DNA of 64,000 nt from Halobacteriovoraceae bacterium (GCA_963719505.1 CAVRCF010000001.1:384001-448000), one strand, 5' to 3'; positions 38,434 through 49,178 are shown, counted from the first letter of the stretch. Made by a program: numbers and translations. The notes: a model not told the origin generated them from the sequence alone.

Positions 38434-40077
38434 ATGACATACCAAGTATTAGCCCGAAAGTGGCGTCCGAAGCAGTTTGACGACGTTATTGGACAGGAAC
38501 ATGTAACAAAAACATTGAGAAACTCTGTTCTAAAAAAACAGATTGGACACGCATATCTTTTGACGGGAACTCGTGGTGTGGGAAAGACAACCATAGCGAG
38601 AATTTTTGCAAAAGCGATTCGTTGCGAAAATTTATCCTCTACTGGTAATCCTTGTTTAAAATGTTCATCATGTCTTTCGATTGATGATGGAAACTCCCTT
38701 GATTATATTGAAATCGACGGTGCCTCAAATACAGGTGTCGATAATATAAGAGACCTCATCGACAATGCTCAGTATCTTCCAACCAACGGAGATCATAAAG
38801 TTTACGTCATTGATGAGGTTCATATGCTTTCAGTAAATGCTTTTAATGCATTATTGAAAACATTAGAAGAGCCACCAGAGCACGTGGTTTTTATATTTGC
38901 CACGACAGACCCCCACAAACTTCTTGGTACAGTTCTTTCTAGAGTTCAGCGATTTGACTTTAAAAGTGTAAGTATCCCTACTCTTGTTAGTCATGTTGAA
39001 ATGATTGCAAAAGCTGAAGAGATAGAATTTGCCTCTCAAGATCTTATTAAAGAATTGGCAAAGCATGGGAAAGGATCTGTAAGAGATACACTCTCTCTTG
39101 TGGATCAAATAATGAGTCTATCTGTTGATAAGAAGATCACTGAGGATGTTTTACTCATGTCTTTGGGGTTGGCAAATACTCAGTCCCTAAGTCTTCTTCT
39201 TGGAGGTTTATTTAAGGGGAATAAGAGCGAGTGTGTAAAAGCTTTTGAGAGTGTTTTAAGCGAAAATATTGACCTTGAAAAATTTGTCCTTCAGGTTTTA
39301 GATAGTTTATTTGAAATGATTGAGAGTCTTGACTCAAAAAATAATATTACGACAACAGTTGTTGACAAAAAAATGATTGAAGACTTGTCCGCGGCAGAAC
39401 TTCTTTGGATGTATGAAGTCTTGGCCAAAGATTTTGAGTGGGCCATGAAATCGTTGGATCCAGAAAAAGCAATATCATTTGTTCTTATAAAGGTGGCTTT
39501 GCGTGAGCAAATAATCAACCCAGTTCCAAGAGCCGTTCATCAGGAAACTCAAGAGTTTGCACAATTCGAAGTTTCACAAGAGGTCGAATCACTTGTCGAA
39601 GAGGTTGAGGAAGTCGTTGAGGTTGAGGCACCAGCAGCAAAAATAGTGGAAGAAAAAACATGGGAAAACTTTCTTAGTTTTTCTATGACTCAATACAAAG
39701 CCATTGGAAGTAATCTCGAAAGAGGTAACCTACTCAACCCAATAGATCTTAATACCAAAACTCTTTTAGTTGACCTAGGAATAGTAGAGGCGAACAATAT
39801 ATTTAACGAATATTTGAGCTCATCTGAAAACAAAGAAAAAATTATATCAATGCTAAAAGAATTCTTCGAAAAAGAAGAGGTAACTTTTAGAATCACAATG
39901 TTAAACGCTGAAGAAAAAGAGAAGAAAAACTTCTCTAGTGTTGCTGAAATCGATGAGAAAAAAATTGCAGATGCACTTGAAGCAAAACGTGAAAAGATTA
40001 AAAATAACGAATATATACTCAAAGCCCAAGAGCTCTTTAATCGCTCGATAGATAAAATAATCGTAAATAAGGAATAA
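38434..40077 (+). CDS. dnaX: DNA polymerase III subunit gamma/tau
   Basis: YQVLARKWRP, GTRGVGKTT, IDEVHMLS, LLKTLEEPP. Confidence 0.97.
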   Translation: MTYQVLARKWRPKQFDDVIGQEHVTKTLRNSVLKKQIGHAYLLTGTRGVGKTTIARIFAKAIRCENLSSTGNPCLKCSSCLSIDDGNSLDYIEIDGASNTGVDNIRDLIDNAQYLPTNGDHKVYVIDEVHMLSVNAFNALLKTLEEPPEHVVFIFATTDPHKLLGTVLSRVQRFDFKSVSIPTLVSHVEMIAKAEEIEFASQDLIKELAKHGKGSVRDTLSLVDQIMSLSVDKKITEDVLLMSLGLANTQSLSLLLGGLFKGNKSECVKAFESVLSENIDLEKFVLQVLDSLFEMIESLDSKNNITTTVVDKKMIEDLSAAELLWMYEVLAKDFEWAMKSLDPEKAISFVLIKVALREQIINPVPRAVHQETQEFAQFEVSQEVESLVEEVEEVVEVEAPAAKIVEEKTWENFLSFSMTQYKAIGSNLERGNLLNPIDLNTKTLLVDLGIVEANNIFNEYLSSSENKEKIISMLKEFFEKEEVTFRITMLNAEEKEKKNFSSVAEIDEKKIADALEAKREKIKNNEYILKAQELFNRSIDKIIVNKE

Positions 40078-40079
40078 CT

Positions 40080-40391
40080 ATGGCAAACATGAATCAAATG
40101 ATGAAGCAGGCACAGCAGATGCAAGCAAAAATGGCGACACTTCAAAAAGAACTTGATGCGAGACAGTTCGATGCATCTTCGGGTGGTGGAATGGTTAAGG
40201 TTGTCGTCAATGGAAAGCAAGAACTTATCAATATAGAAATAAATAAAGAATGCGTTGATCCAGATGATGTTGAAATGCTTCAGGATCTCGTTAAAACGGC
40301 AGTTAACCAAGCAATGTCCACTTCTCAAGAGTCTGTTAATAAGGCGATGAGTAAGGTTACTGGTGGACTATCAATCCCAGGACTTTTTTAA
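40080..40391 (+). CDS. ybaB: YbaB/EbfC nucleoid-associated protein
   Basis: MMKQAQQMQ, GGGMVKV, DVEMLQDLV; dnaX-ybaB-recR synteny. Confidence 0.95.
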   Translation: MANMNQMMKQAQQMQAKMATLQKELDARQFDASSGGGMVKVVVNGKQELINIEINKECVDPDDVEMLQDLVKTAVNQAMSTSQESVNKAMSKVTGGLSIPGLF

Positions 40392-40394
40392 TTT

Positions 40395-40985
40395 ATGCAG
40401 TTACCAAGCAATATCCAAAATTCAGTAACAGGATTTTCAAGGCTTCCCGGTGTTGGGGAGAAAACAGCTTTGAGACAAGTTATGGCAATGACCAAATGGA
40501 ATGCGGATGAAATTATTGAGTTTTCAAAATCAATTCAATCCTTAACGTCTCTTCGTTTTTGTGATGAGTGTGGGATGTTCTGTGAAGAAAACCTATGTGA
40601 GGTTTGCTTGAGAGAACACAGAAAAGAGATGGGAACCATTTGTGTCATAGAAAATGTAAGTGATCTTATGGCCATAGAAAAAAGTAATACCTTCAGTGGG
40701 CTTTATCATATTTTGGGTGGGGTGCTAAATCCCCTCGCAGGAATTGGCCCTGATCAATTAAAAATAAATAAATTAATAGAGCGAGTGAAAAATCTCAATA
40801 TTAAAACTTTAGTTCTCGCTATTAACCCATCAGTTGAGGGCGACGCGACCTGTGCTTATCTTAATCAGCTGCTTCCTGATGTTATCGTTGAAAGGATTGG
40901 GTTTGGCATTCCTATCGGTGGAAGCTTAGAGTTCTTAGACCCCCTAACGATATCTAAGGCCCTAGAAAACAGGAAACTTTTATAA
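40395..40985 (+). CDS. recR: Recombination protein RecR
   Basis: LPGVGEKTA, C4 zinc finger, NPSVEGDAT, GIPIGGSLE. Confidence 0.96.
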   Translation: MQLPSNIQNSVTGFSRLPGVGEKTALRQVMAMTKWNADEIIEFSKSIQSLTSLRFCDECGMFCEENLCEVCLREHRKEMGTICVIENVSDLMAIEKSNTFSGLYHILGGVLNPLAGIGPDQLKINKLIERVKNLNIKTLVLAINPSVEGDATCAYLNQLLPDVIVERIGFGIPIGGSLEFLDPLTISKALENRKLL

Positions 40986-41458
40986 TGAATCTCAATAGTC
41001 TTATCTCAGATTATTTTGATAATAATTGTGATTTTGACGTCTCTATGACAACGATAGTACGAGCTGATGGAATTGTTGTTTACTCTTCAAGAGACTTAGC
41101 ACCCAAAGCTGCCTCTATAGGGGCACTTGTTGGAGGTGTTTGGCAAGCTGCAGAAGCTTTGAATACGCATAGTGGAAAAGGTGAAGAAATATCAGAATAC
41201 CGCTTTAGTTTTGATAAAACAGATAGTGGAATATATATTTTGCCAGTAATGATCGAGAAAAATTATTACTATATCGCTACTCTGTACAGCGACACATTTA
41301 ACCCTGCACTTTTGAAGAGAAACTTTAGGCTTTTAAAAGAAGATGTAGAAAAGTTTTTATCAAAAAATAAAGTAAAGAAAACTCACTTGAGAGAAGATTT
41401 CTTATTTAAAAATATTACAGATGAAGAGATTGATAATCTCTTCTCGTTTGGAAGGTAA
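40985..41458 (+). CDS. mglB: Divergent MglB (roadblock/LC7) protein
   Basis: Directly upstream of mglA; C-terminal ITDEEIDNLFS helix typical of MglB. Confidence 0.75.
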   Translation: MNLNSLISDYFDNNCDFDVSMTTIVRADGIVVYSSRDLAPKAASIGALVGGVWQAAEALNTHSGKGEEISEYRFSFDKTDSGIYILPVMIEKNYYYIATLYSDTFNPALLKRNFRLLKEDVEKFLSKNKVKKTHLREDFLFKNITDEEIDNLFSFGR

Positions 41459-41463
41459 ATAAT

Positions 41464-42057
41464 ATGTCTTTTGTAAATTATCACACAAAAGAAATTAACT
41501 GTAAGATCGTCTACTATGGCCCAGGCTTGGGTGGAAAGACGACCAATATACAACACGTTTATCAGAGGACTTCAGCGGGAGCTAAAGGCCAGATGGTAAC
41601 TCTAAACACTGAAAATGAGAGAACATTATTTTTCGATTTTCTTCCTTTGGATTTGGGTCAAATAAGGGGATACAAAACTCGTTTTCACCTGTATACCGTA
41701 CCAGGACAAGTGTTTTATGAAGCGAGTAGAAAGTTAATTCTCAGAGGAGTCGATGGCATCGTTTTTGTTGCAGATTCTCAAGTAGAAAGAATGGAAGATA
41801 ACGTAGAGAGTCTAAAAGGTTTAAAAGCAAACCTTGAAGCCCAAGGTTATGAATTTAATAAGGTTCCCATTGTGATGCAGTGGAACAAAAGAGATCTTCC
41901 CAATATCGTTTCGACGCAAGATTTGGACAGGAAGTTGAATGAATTTGACTTTCCAGCCTTTGAATCAACTGCTACAACCGGGGAAGGCGTATTTGAGACA
42001 TTAAAGATGATTAGTAAACTAGTATTGCTTAATATAAAAAGTGGATTGGACAACTGA
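41464..42057 (+). CDS. mglA: Ras-like GTPase MglA
   Basis: KIVYYGPGLGGKTTN, ERTLFFDFLP, LYTVPGQ, NKRDL. Confidence 0.96.
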   Translation: MSFVNYHTKEINCKIVYYGPGLGGKTTNIQHVYQRTSAGAKGQMVTLNTENERTLFFDFLPLDLGQIRGYKTRFHLYTVPGQVFYEASRKLILRGVDGIVFVADSQVERMEDNVESLKGLKANLEAQGYEFNKVPIVMQWNKRDLPNIVSTQDLDRKLNEFDFPAFESTATTGEGVFETLKMISKLVLLNIKSGLDN

Positions 42058-42072
42058 GAGAGAGGAGAGCCT

Positions 42073-42492
42073 GTGAAACTTAAGAAAAAACAATTGGCAG
42101 AATTAAAAGAAAAAGTAATTGCCGAAAGAGAAAGAGTTTTAACAAAGTTAGCAATTGATGAAGAGATGTTCACAATAGCAAGTGAAGAGAGATCAGACGA
42201 AGTAGACCAAGCGTCAGCCGACTATCAAAGATCACAAATGCTAAGATTTAGAAACAGAGATGTTTTCTATGCAAAAAAATTAAAACAAGCTTTACAAAAA
42301 ATTGAAGAAGGAGACTACGGTCTTTGTGTTGAATGTGACGAAACAATTAACTTTAAAAGATTAATTGCTAGACCGACAGCAGACCTTTGTATTTCTTGTA
42401 AAGACGAAGCAGAAAAAGAAGAGCATTCTAACGTTATCGGAAGACAATCTAAATCACTTGGTAAGCAAGTAGAAATGGTTAAAACTCTTTAG
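42073..42492 (+). CDS. dksA: DksA/TraR family zinc-finger regulator
   Basis: DEVDQA (DxxDxA), YGLCVEC...RLIARP...LCISC. Confidence 0.85.
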   Translation: MKLKKKQLAELKEKVIAERERVLTKLAIDEEMFTIASEERSDEVDQASADYQRSQMLRFRNRDVFYAKKLKQALQKIEEGDYGLCVECDETINFKRLIARPTADLCISCKDEAEKEEHSNVIGRQSKSLGKQVEMVKTL

Positions 42493-42500
42493 GTAAATGT

Positions 42501-43340
42501 ATGACAAAAATTGCAATAATTGGTGGAAGTGGAATTTATAATTTAGACGGTGTCGAGACGGTTGAAGACCACCTTATCGATACTCCTTTTGGTAAGCCTA
42601 GCGGCAATATCAAAAAGCTAAAGGTTGAAAATAGCCACTTCTACTTTATCGCAAGACATGGTGAGGGACACAAAATCTCACCTTCAGAAATAAACTTTCG
42701 CGCGAATATTTACGCTTTAAAAACTCTCGGTGTTGATACTGTGATAAGTATCTCAGCCGTTGGTTCCTTAAAAGAAGAGCATAAGCCAGGTGACTTTGTT
42801 CTTGTTAGCCAATTTATCGATTGGACTAAAGGCCTAAGAGCGAGAACATTTTTTGATAACGGTGTTGTGGGACATGTTAGTGTGGCCCAACCTGTTAACT
42901 TAGACCTTCGCCAAATTATTAAAAACTCTCTTGAAAAGACAGATGTAAGTCACTCATTAGGTGGCGCATATCTTTGTATAGAGGGACCTCAGTTTTCTAC
43001 AAAAGCGGAGTCAAATATTTATCGTTCTTTTGAAGCAGATGTTATTGGTATGACCAATGTTCCTGAAGCTTTTTTGGCCAAAGAAGCCGGTATGGCCTAT
43101 GCAACTGTTGCCATGGTTACAGACTACGACTGTTGGAAAGACGAACACTGCACAGTTGATGAAATCATGCGTGTTATGAAAGATAATTACGCCTCTGCTA
43201 GCAAATTGATAAAGGTTCTTATTCCTACACTTTCAGATTCACCTCTGGAGTTTGAAGCTGAGAATAAGCACGCCATCATGACAAATCCATCACTTGTTTC
43301 TGCGGAACAAGAAAAAATAATTCACACCCTTTTAAATTAA
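42501..43340 (+). CDS. mtnP: S-methyl-5'-thioadenosine phosphorylase
   Basis: IIGGSG, TPFG, ARHG, EGPQFSTKAES, GMTNVPE, VTDYDCW. Confidence 0.93.
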   Translation: MTKIAIIGGSGIYNLDGVETVEDHLIDTPFGKPSGNIKKLKVENSHFYFIARHGEGHKISPSEINFRANIYALKTLGVDTVISISAVGSLKEEHKPGDFVLVSQFIDWTKGLRARTFFDNGVVGHVSVAQPVNLDLRQIIKNSLEKTDVSHSLGGAYLCIEGPQFSTKAESNIYRSFEADVIGMTNVPEAFLAKEAGMAYATVAMVTDYDCWKDEHCTVDEIMRVMKDNYASASKLIKVLIPTLSDSPLEFEAENKHAIMTNPSLVSAEQEKIIHTLLN

Positions 43341-44263
43341 TGGCACAAGAGTACGGAAAACATTATTCGGTTATGTTTGATGAGTGCTTATCAGCACTTA
43401 TTAATAATGACTCGAATAATTTAAAGTTCGCTGACATGACTTTTGGTGCCGGTGGACACTCCTTTGGAATAGCAAAAGCTGTCGAGGGTTGCACTGTCTA
43501 CAGTGTAGACCAAGATCCAGACGCTATAAAAAATGGTATTGAAAAGATTGAAGAGTATGGAATCGAGAATGTTAAATTAATTAAAACAAATTACACTGAC
43601 TTCCCAAAATGGATTCAAGAAAATGAGCCCGAGACAAAGTTTCAGGGTATCCTTATGGATATAGGTGTTTCTTCCCACCAGTTTGATACTTTTGAGCGCG
43701 GATTTTCCTTTAGAGCAGATGCCTATCTCGATATGAGAATGGACTATGAAAATGAAAATGCCCCTACAGCTGCAGATATTTTGAACGATTACGACGAAGA
43801 AGATATCGCAAATCTTATTTTTAAATATGGAGAAGAGAGACTTTCAAGAAGGATTGCGGCTGAAATTGTCGCCCGAAGATCTGAAAAAAGAATTGAAAGA
43901 ACAAAAGAGCTCGAAGATATATGTTTCCATGCGTACCCCAAGAAAATGCGTTTTGGTAAAACCCACCCCGCAACTCGAACCTTCCAGGCACTGAGAATCG
44001 CTGTTAATGACGAGCTAGGCGTTCTTGAGAATACTATACAGAAACTGTTTGATATTTTAGACGTAGGTGGCACTTTGGCCATTATCAGCTTTCATTCTTT
44101 AGAAGACAGAATAGTTAAACATAAATTCAAAGAAATTTTTCAAACTGACAAAAATATTGCTAAAATAATAACTAAGAGACCATTATTGCCAACAGAAGAA
44201 GAAGTTTCTGAAAACAAAAGGTCGAGAAGTGCAAAGCTGAGAGTTATTCAAAAAATAGCTTAG
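43340..44263 (+). CDS. rsmH: 16S rRNA m4C1402 methyltransferase
   Basis: DMTFGAGGHS, DIGVSSHQ, RGFSF, FQALRIAVNDEL, SFHSLEDRIVK. Confidence 0.97.
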   Translation: MAQEYGKHYSVMFDECLSALINNDSNNLKFADMTFGAGGHSFGIAKAVEGCTVYSVDQDPDAIKNGIEKIEEYGIENVKLIKTNYTDFPKWIQENEPETKFQGILMDIGVSSHQFDTFERGFSFRADAYLDMRMDYENENAPTAADILNDYDEEDIANLIFKYGEERLSRRIAAEIVARRSEKRIERTKELEDICFHAYPKKMRFGKTHPATRTFQALRIAVNDELGVLENTIQKLFDILDVGGTLAIISFHSLEDRIVKHKFKEIFQTDKNIAKIITKRPLLPTEEEVSENKRSRSAKLRVIQKIA

Positions 44264-44292
44264 AGCTTTTATTAACACCATGGAGGGTTGTT

Positions 44293-44622
44293 ATGACTGC
44301 TAAGAGAAGGGCCAAGTCGAGAAAGGCTAAGAGTTCACCGATTAGAAATTTCCTAGAAAAATACGTATTGACCTCACAAACATTTCCCTTAATTTGTGTT
44401 CTTGGAACACTTGGAGTTATGTTCGTCCTCATTAGAATGAAAGGGCTCGAGCAAGATTACCGTTATAGCGATATAAGTAAAAAAATTAAAATACAAGAAA
44501 CAGAGAATAAAGAGCTTAAAGCCGAAAGAGCAAGAATGCTCTCTATTAAAAATCTAAAAGGCTTCGCATCAAAATATAAATTGAAAGAACCCGACGAGAA
44601 ACATATCATTATAATTCCCTAA
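44293..44622 (+). CDS. ftsL: Cell division protein FtsL-like
   Basis: Basic N-terminus, single TM, coiled coil; between rsmH and ftsI. Confidence 0.7.
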   Translation: MTAKRRAKSRKAKSSPIRNFLEKYVLTSQTFPLICVLGTLGVMFVLIRMKGLEQDYRYSDISKKIKIQETENKELKAERARMLSIKNLKGFASKYKLKEPDEKHIIIIP

Positions 44623-44634
44623 CTTGGTATTTAG

Positions 44635-46533
44635 ATGAAAAATAAAATTAAAGTCGTTTTCGTAGTCATAAACATACTTTTTATTAGTGTGATTGTTAGA
44701 GCTGTCCAAATTCAAGTCGTTGATAGAACGAACCTTATTAAATATTCAAATAGCCAGGTCAAAAGAGAAATTAAAAGCTATCCCGAAAGAGGTCATATTC
44801 TTGATAGAAATGGCAATCCTCTTGCTATCAATATCAAAAGTTACGATTTATTCACCTACCCTATTACTGATACCCAAATGTCGAAAAAACTGGATGAACT
44901 GGAAAGAATTATTCCTCAGTTAAATTATGCAAAACTCAGAAAGACGACAATGAATAGAAATGGAAAGTTTACGTGGCTAGGAAGAAAGGTTGATATTAAT
45001 AACCAGCAACTGGAAGTTTTAAAAACAGTTGAGGGTGTCAATATTAGAATCCAAGCAAGTCGTCTTTACCCAAATCACGAACTGGCTTCTCAAATCTTAG
45101 GCTTTGTCGGAATCGATAACGACGGTCTATCTGGTCTTGAATATTCTTTTAATGAAAAATTAAAAGGAAAAGCTGTCATTGAACGCTATAGCAAAGACGC
45201 CAAAGGAAGAAAAATTAAATCAAAGCAAGTCAGTGTTCCAGGAAAGGCGCACGACCTGATTCTAAGTATAGATAAAGATATTCAAGCTTCACTGGAGACA
45301 TACCTAAAAGAAGGTGTCTTGGAATTTGAAGGAGAAAGTGGCGGTGCCGCTGTAATGGATGCCGAAACTGGTGAAATTTGGGCGATGGCAAATTATCCTT
45401 CGTTTGATCCAAATGACGTAAAAAATACAAAGCTATCTCAAAGAAGATTATCATTTGTCTCCGACCAGTTTGAACCAGGTTCTACTTTTAAAACGCTGAC
45501 AATTGCATCTGCTTTAGAGAACAATATCGTCAAACCTGACACAAACTATTATTGTGAAAAGGGAAAATACCTTGTTGGTAATCACTATATTAGTGAATCA
45601 GACAATAAACATGCTTTTGAGTGGCTCTCAGTTGAAGATATATTAAAGTACAGTTCAAATATTGGAACAACCAAGATCGCGTTTGATCTGACCTACCCTT
45701 CATTAAAAAAGACATTAGATAAGTTTAGAATTGGTGTGAGAACAGGGATTGAAAACCCTGGAGAAGCCAAGGGGGCATTGGATACTAAACTAAATATTTC
45801 TCCCTTAAGGTTGAGTAATATAAGTTTTGGTCAAGGTGTTGCCACTACGGGAATACAAATGCTTGCAGCTTATGCCTCTATTGCAAACGGCGGAAAGTAT
45901 GTGACCCCAACTATTGTAAAGGGTGATAGAAATAAAAAGAGTGCCAAGCGAATCATCTCTAAAGATACAGCTCATATCCTTCAAAAGATCCTCGTCAAAG
46001 CCGTTGAAGAGGGCACGGGAAAAAATGCGATGGTTAAACATTTTCAAATTGCCGGTAAAACAAGTACCGCTCAGGCAGTTGATGATAACGGTGGATATGT
46101 CGGTCATATTTCTGGATTTATTGGCTTTCCACTCAACGTTGGAAAGAAGTTTGTGGTCTATACCTATGTGAAAAAGCCAAAGAAAGCCTACTATGGAAGT
46201 ACAGTTGCAGCACCGATTTTTCAAAAAATAGTAAAAAGTATTTTGTATAAAAGAAGAGAGTATAATCAGCTCGCCAGTATCAATACCACAAAGAATAACT
46301 CTATCGATGAGATAAGACTCAAGCAGTCTGCGAGGCGAACCGTCACAAGGGGAATTGTTCCTAATCTCATCGGTATGGATAAATCAAGTGCCTTTCACCT
46401 TCTCGATCAGTCAAAGATAAAATATTCCTATAGAGGATTTGGCGTCGTCTATTCGCAGTCTCCAAGAGCTGGAGATCCAATGTCAGATAGTACCGAAGTC
46501 AAACTTAAGTTTAAAACACCAAGCTATGAATGA
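44635..46533 (+). CDS. ftsI: Penicillin-binding protein 3 with PASTA domain
   Basis: RGHILDRNG, EPGSTFK (SxxK), SSN, GKTST, C-terminal VPNLIG. Confidence 0.93.
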   Translation: MKNKIKVVFVVINILFISVIVRAVQIQVVDRTNLIKYSNSQVKREIKSYPERGHILDRNGNPLAINIKSYDLFTYPITDTQMSKKLDELERIIPQLNYAKLRKTTMNRNGKFTWLGRKVDINNQQLEVLKTVEGVNIRIQASRLYPNHELASQILGFVGIDNDGLSGLEYSFNEKLKGKAVIERYSKDAKGRKIKSKQVSVPGKAHDLILSIDKDIQASLETYLKEGVLEFEGESGGAAVMDAETGEIWAMANYPSFDPNDVKNTKLSQRRLSFVSDQFEPGSTFKTLTIASALENNIVKPDTNYYCEKGKYLVGNHYISESDNKHAFEWLSVEDILKYSSNIGTTKIAFDLTYPSLKKTLDKFRIGVRTGIENPGEAKGALDTKLNISPLRLSNISFGQGVATTGIQMLAAYASIANGGKYVTPTIVKGDRNKKSAKRIISKDTAHILQKILVKAVEEGTGKNAMVKHFQIAGKTSTAQAVDDNGGYVGHISGFIGFPLNVGKKFVVYTYVKKPKKAYYGSTVAAPIFQKIVKSILYKRREYNQLASINTTKNNSIDEIRLKQSARRTVTRGIVPNLIGMDKSSAFHLLDQSKIKYSYRGFGVVYSQSPRAGDPMSDSTEVKLKFKTPSYE

Positions 46534-47803
46534 CCTTCAGTGGAAAACGAGTAATTGCACCAAAAACTCAATTCTCTTCTATTATTTTCCAGAAAAAACA
46601 CAAAAGAGAGTCGACGACTTTTTAAAACGTCTTAATGAAACTGAGTTTCAAACTTGCTATGTGAATATTGAACTTGATCGAGATAGAGTTATTTGTCTAA
46701 CAACCCAAAAGTGGATGGAGAAGAGAGAGTCTCTTTGTAATGAAGTCTATCCATCAAAAGCTAAAAAGCTTATAGGTGTTACTGGAACAAATGGAAAAAC
46801 GACAACAGTAGATATCATTCGCCAACTCCTAGACGGCAAAGATAAAAAAGTTATGACTGTTGGCACCTTGGGTGTCTTTTATAACAAAAATAAAGTCGAC
46901 GACTTCGGACTAACCACCCCCGATTATATTGACCTTCGAAAGTCTTTAAATCGTTATGAAAGTGACTATGCAGTCGTTGAAGTTTCCAGCCATGCTTTAA
47001 GTCAAAACAGATTTTCAAAAATGGTTTTTGATAGAACAATTTGGACAAGCTTTTCACAAGATCACCTTGATTATCATGGATCAATGGAAAATTATTTTAA
47101 GGCAAAAGAAAAAATAGTTAACCTCACAAAGGAAAAGCTCTATATCTCAGAGTCAGATCCTGAAATCTATAAACGAATCACGAGTAAAAAAGTAAAAATT
47201 ATAAAGACAAAAAGTCTTAAAACCTCGAGCTACTTTTCTATTTCTTATAATAATAAAAACCTAAGCCTTGCGCTTGGACTTTTAGAGGATGAAGGATTAG
47301 AAATTACTCCAACAGATCTTGTTGAACTTAATCAAACGCCCGGTCGCTTTAACCTCTACGAACAAGAGGAGAGAAAGGTCGTTATAGATTTTGCACACAC
47401 CCCTGATGCTCTTTTAAATGTAGGCTCGGAGATTAGAAAAACCTTCCCCCATAAAAAAATAATTACCATCTTTGGTTGTGGTGGAGACAGGGACAGAAAA
47501 AAGCGACCTTTGATGGGAAAAGCAGCTTGTATCTTTTCAGACTTAGTTGTGATTACCTCAGATAACCCAAGAAGTGAAAATGCTTTAAATATCATTGAGG
47601 ATATTTATATTGGATGTGATTCTAGTAAGACGACAAAAGAAATTGAAAGAAAAATAGCAATTAGAAAAACGATGACCTCTTACTCTGATGCAGTATTTCT
47701 CATCGCGGGAAAGGGGCACGAAAACTATATCGAGATAAAGGGAGAACGACTTCCCTATAGCGACGAAGAAGAAGTTAAAAGGGTTTTAGATGATCTATCA
47801 TAG
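46526..47803 (+). CDS. murE: UDP-MurNAc-tripeptide ligase (meso-DAP type)
   Basis: GVTGTNGKTT, EVSSH, DHLDYH, DFAHTPD, DNPR, AGKGHE. Confidence 0.93.
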   Translation: MNDLQWKTSNCTKNSILFYYFPEKTQKRVDDFLKRLNETEFQTCYVNIELDRDRVICLTTQKWMEKRESLCNEVYPSKAKKLIGVTGTNGKTTTVDIIRQLLDGKDKKVMTVGTLGVFYNKNKVDDFGLTTPDYIDLRKSLNRYESDYAVVEVSSHALSQNRFSKMVFDRTIWTSFSQDHLDYHGSMENYFKAKEKIVNLTKEKLYISESDPEIYKRITSKKVKIIKTKSLKTSSYFSISYNNKNLSLALGLLEDEGLEITPTDLVELNQTPGRFNLYEQEERKVVIDFAHTPDALLNVGSEIRKTFPHKKIITIFGCGGDRDRKKRPLMGKAACIFSDLVVITSDNPRSENALNIIEDIYIGCDSSKTTKEIERKIAIRKTMTSYSDAVFLIAGKGHENYIEIKGERLPYSDEEEVKRVLDDLS

Positions 47804-49157
47804 GGATTTTAAAAAGTGTTCTTCATTTATTTCTTCGCTAGAGTCAGACGATAAAAAAATTGATATCAATACGGATTCAAGAACTCTGTCTGCTGATGAA
47901 TCCTTTTTGGCCATTTCTGGTGAAAATCATAATGCTTTAAAATTTTTGGAAAGTGTTAAAACTTCTGGATGTTCCACCGTCATTTACACAAAAAATCACG
48001 AAAATGATAAGTTGATTCAGAAGTATCAAGATAGTATCAACTTTATTGCTACGACTGATTCAGTGCTCTTCCTTCAACAAATTACCAACCTACTAAGTAA
48101 TCGTTTCCAAGATAACGGTGGAAAACTTATCGCTATTAGCGGCTCGAATGGTAAAACAACCACCAAGGAGATGCTTTTTCATCTTCTTCATTGTGTTGAA
48201 CCCCAAACAATTTGCACTCAAAAGAATAATAACAATCACATCGGCGTTCCACTAACGCTATTACAGATAAATGAAAAAACGAAATATGCCATTATTGAAC
48301 TTGGTAGCAATCACCCAGGTGAGATAAAAACTCTTTGTGAAATTGTAAACCCAGCTATTGGTGTAACAACAAATATCGGAGATACGCATCTGGAATTTTT
48401 TGAAAATAGAGAGAACGTTTTTAAAGAGGAAGGTTATCTTTATGAATCTATTCTTAACTGTGAAAAAGAAAACAAATTATTTTTTAAGAACTCTGACGAC
48501 GAGTATCTCAAAAGCTTAAAAACGAAACCTTTTGTCGAAGAGTTTGGTTGCACTGCAGAAAATAATAACTTTACTATTGAAAAAGAAAGCGCAATTGTGA
48601 ACAATAGTGGTTATGAATACAAATTCACTAATAAATATATTACTGGGAAGCATAATCTTCACAATCTTTGTCTTGCTTTTATCATGGCAAAAAGCGTTGA
48701 TTCGTCTCGCACAGAAGAATTTGTCGCGCTTTGTGAAAGTTTCAGGCCGACAAAAAATCGTTCTGAATGGCTAGTGCGGGGGGAAAGTAAAATCTTTCTC
48801 GATGCCTATAATGCTAATCCAAGTTCAATGAAAGCTGCTGTTGAAGGCTTCCTCAGTGTTGCCTCTGCATCAAATTGCCTGATCGTTGGCGACATGAACG
48901 AGCTTGGTGAGAATGCCGAAAAGTTTCATCAAGAAACGGCCAAGTTTATTAGTGCTCAAACTGCGCAAAAGGTTATCTTTGTAGGACGCTTTGCACAAGT
49001 AGCAGCAAAAGATTGTCCCGGATCTATGGCATTTGGCTCTGCACAACTTCTAAAAGATTACTTTGATAAAAGTATCTTAAATACTTATAAATACATCTTT
49101 ATTAAAGGCAGTCGGTCTTTACAACTTGAGTCAATCTTAGATATAACTTCCCATTAG
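47790..49157 (+). CDS. murF: UDP-MurNAc-pentapeptide ligase
   Basis: GSNGKTTTKE, NNHIGVPLT, DAYNANP, GDMNELG, KGSR. Confidence 0.95.
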   Translation: MIYHRDFKKCSSFISSLESDDKKIDINTDSRTLSADESFLAISGENHNALKFLESVKTSGCSTVIYTKNHENDKLIQKYQDSINFIATTDSVLFLQQITNLLSNRFQDNGGKLIAISGSNGKTTTKEMLFHLLHCVEPQTICTQKNNNNHIGVPLTLLQINEKTKYAIIELGSNHPGEIKTLCEIVNPAIGVTTNIGDTHLEFFENRENVFKEEGYLYESILNCEKENKLFFKNSDDEYLKSLKTKPFVEEFGCTAENNNFTIEKESAIVNNSGYEYKFTNKYITGKHNLHNLCLAFIMAKSVDSSRTEEFVALCESFRPTKNRSEWLVRGESKIFLDAYNANPSSMKAAVEGFLSVASASNCLIVGDMNELGENAEKFHQETAKFISAQTAQKVIFVGRFAQVAAKDCPGSMAFGSAQLLKDYFDKSILNTYKYIFIKGSRSLQLESILDITSH

Positions 49158-49178
49158 AAAAAACTAAGGCTTTATTAA

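Noticed and set aside
38434-40077. Programmed frameshift in dnaX (gamma/tau)
   Set aside because: No convincing A AAA AAG motif with downstream hairpin, or long A run, was spotted at the domain III/IV boundary.
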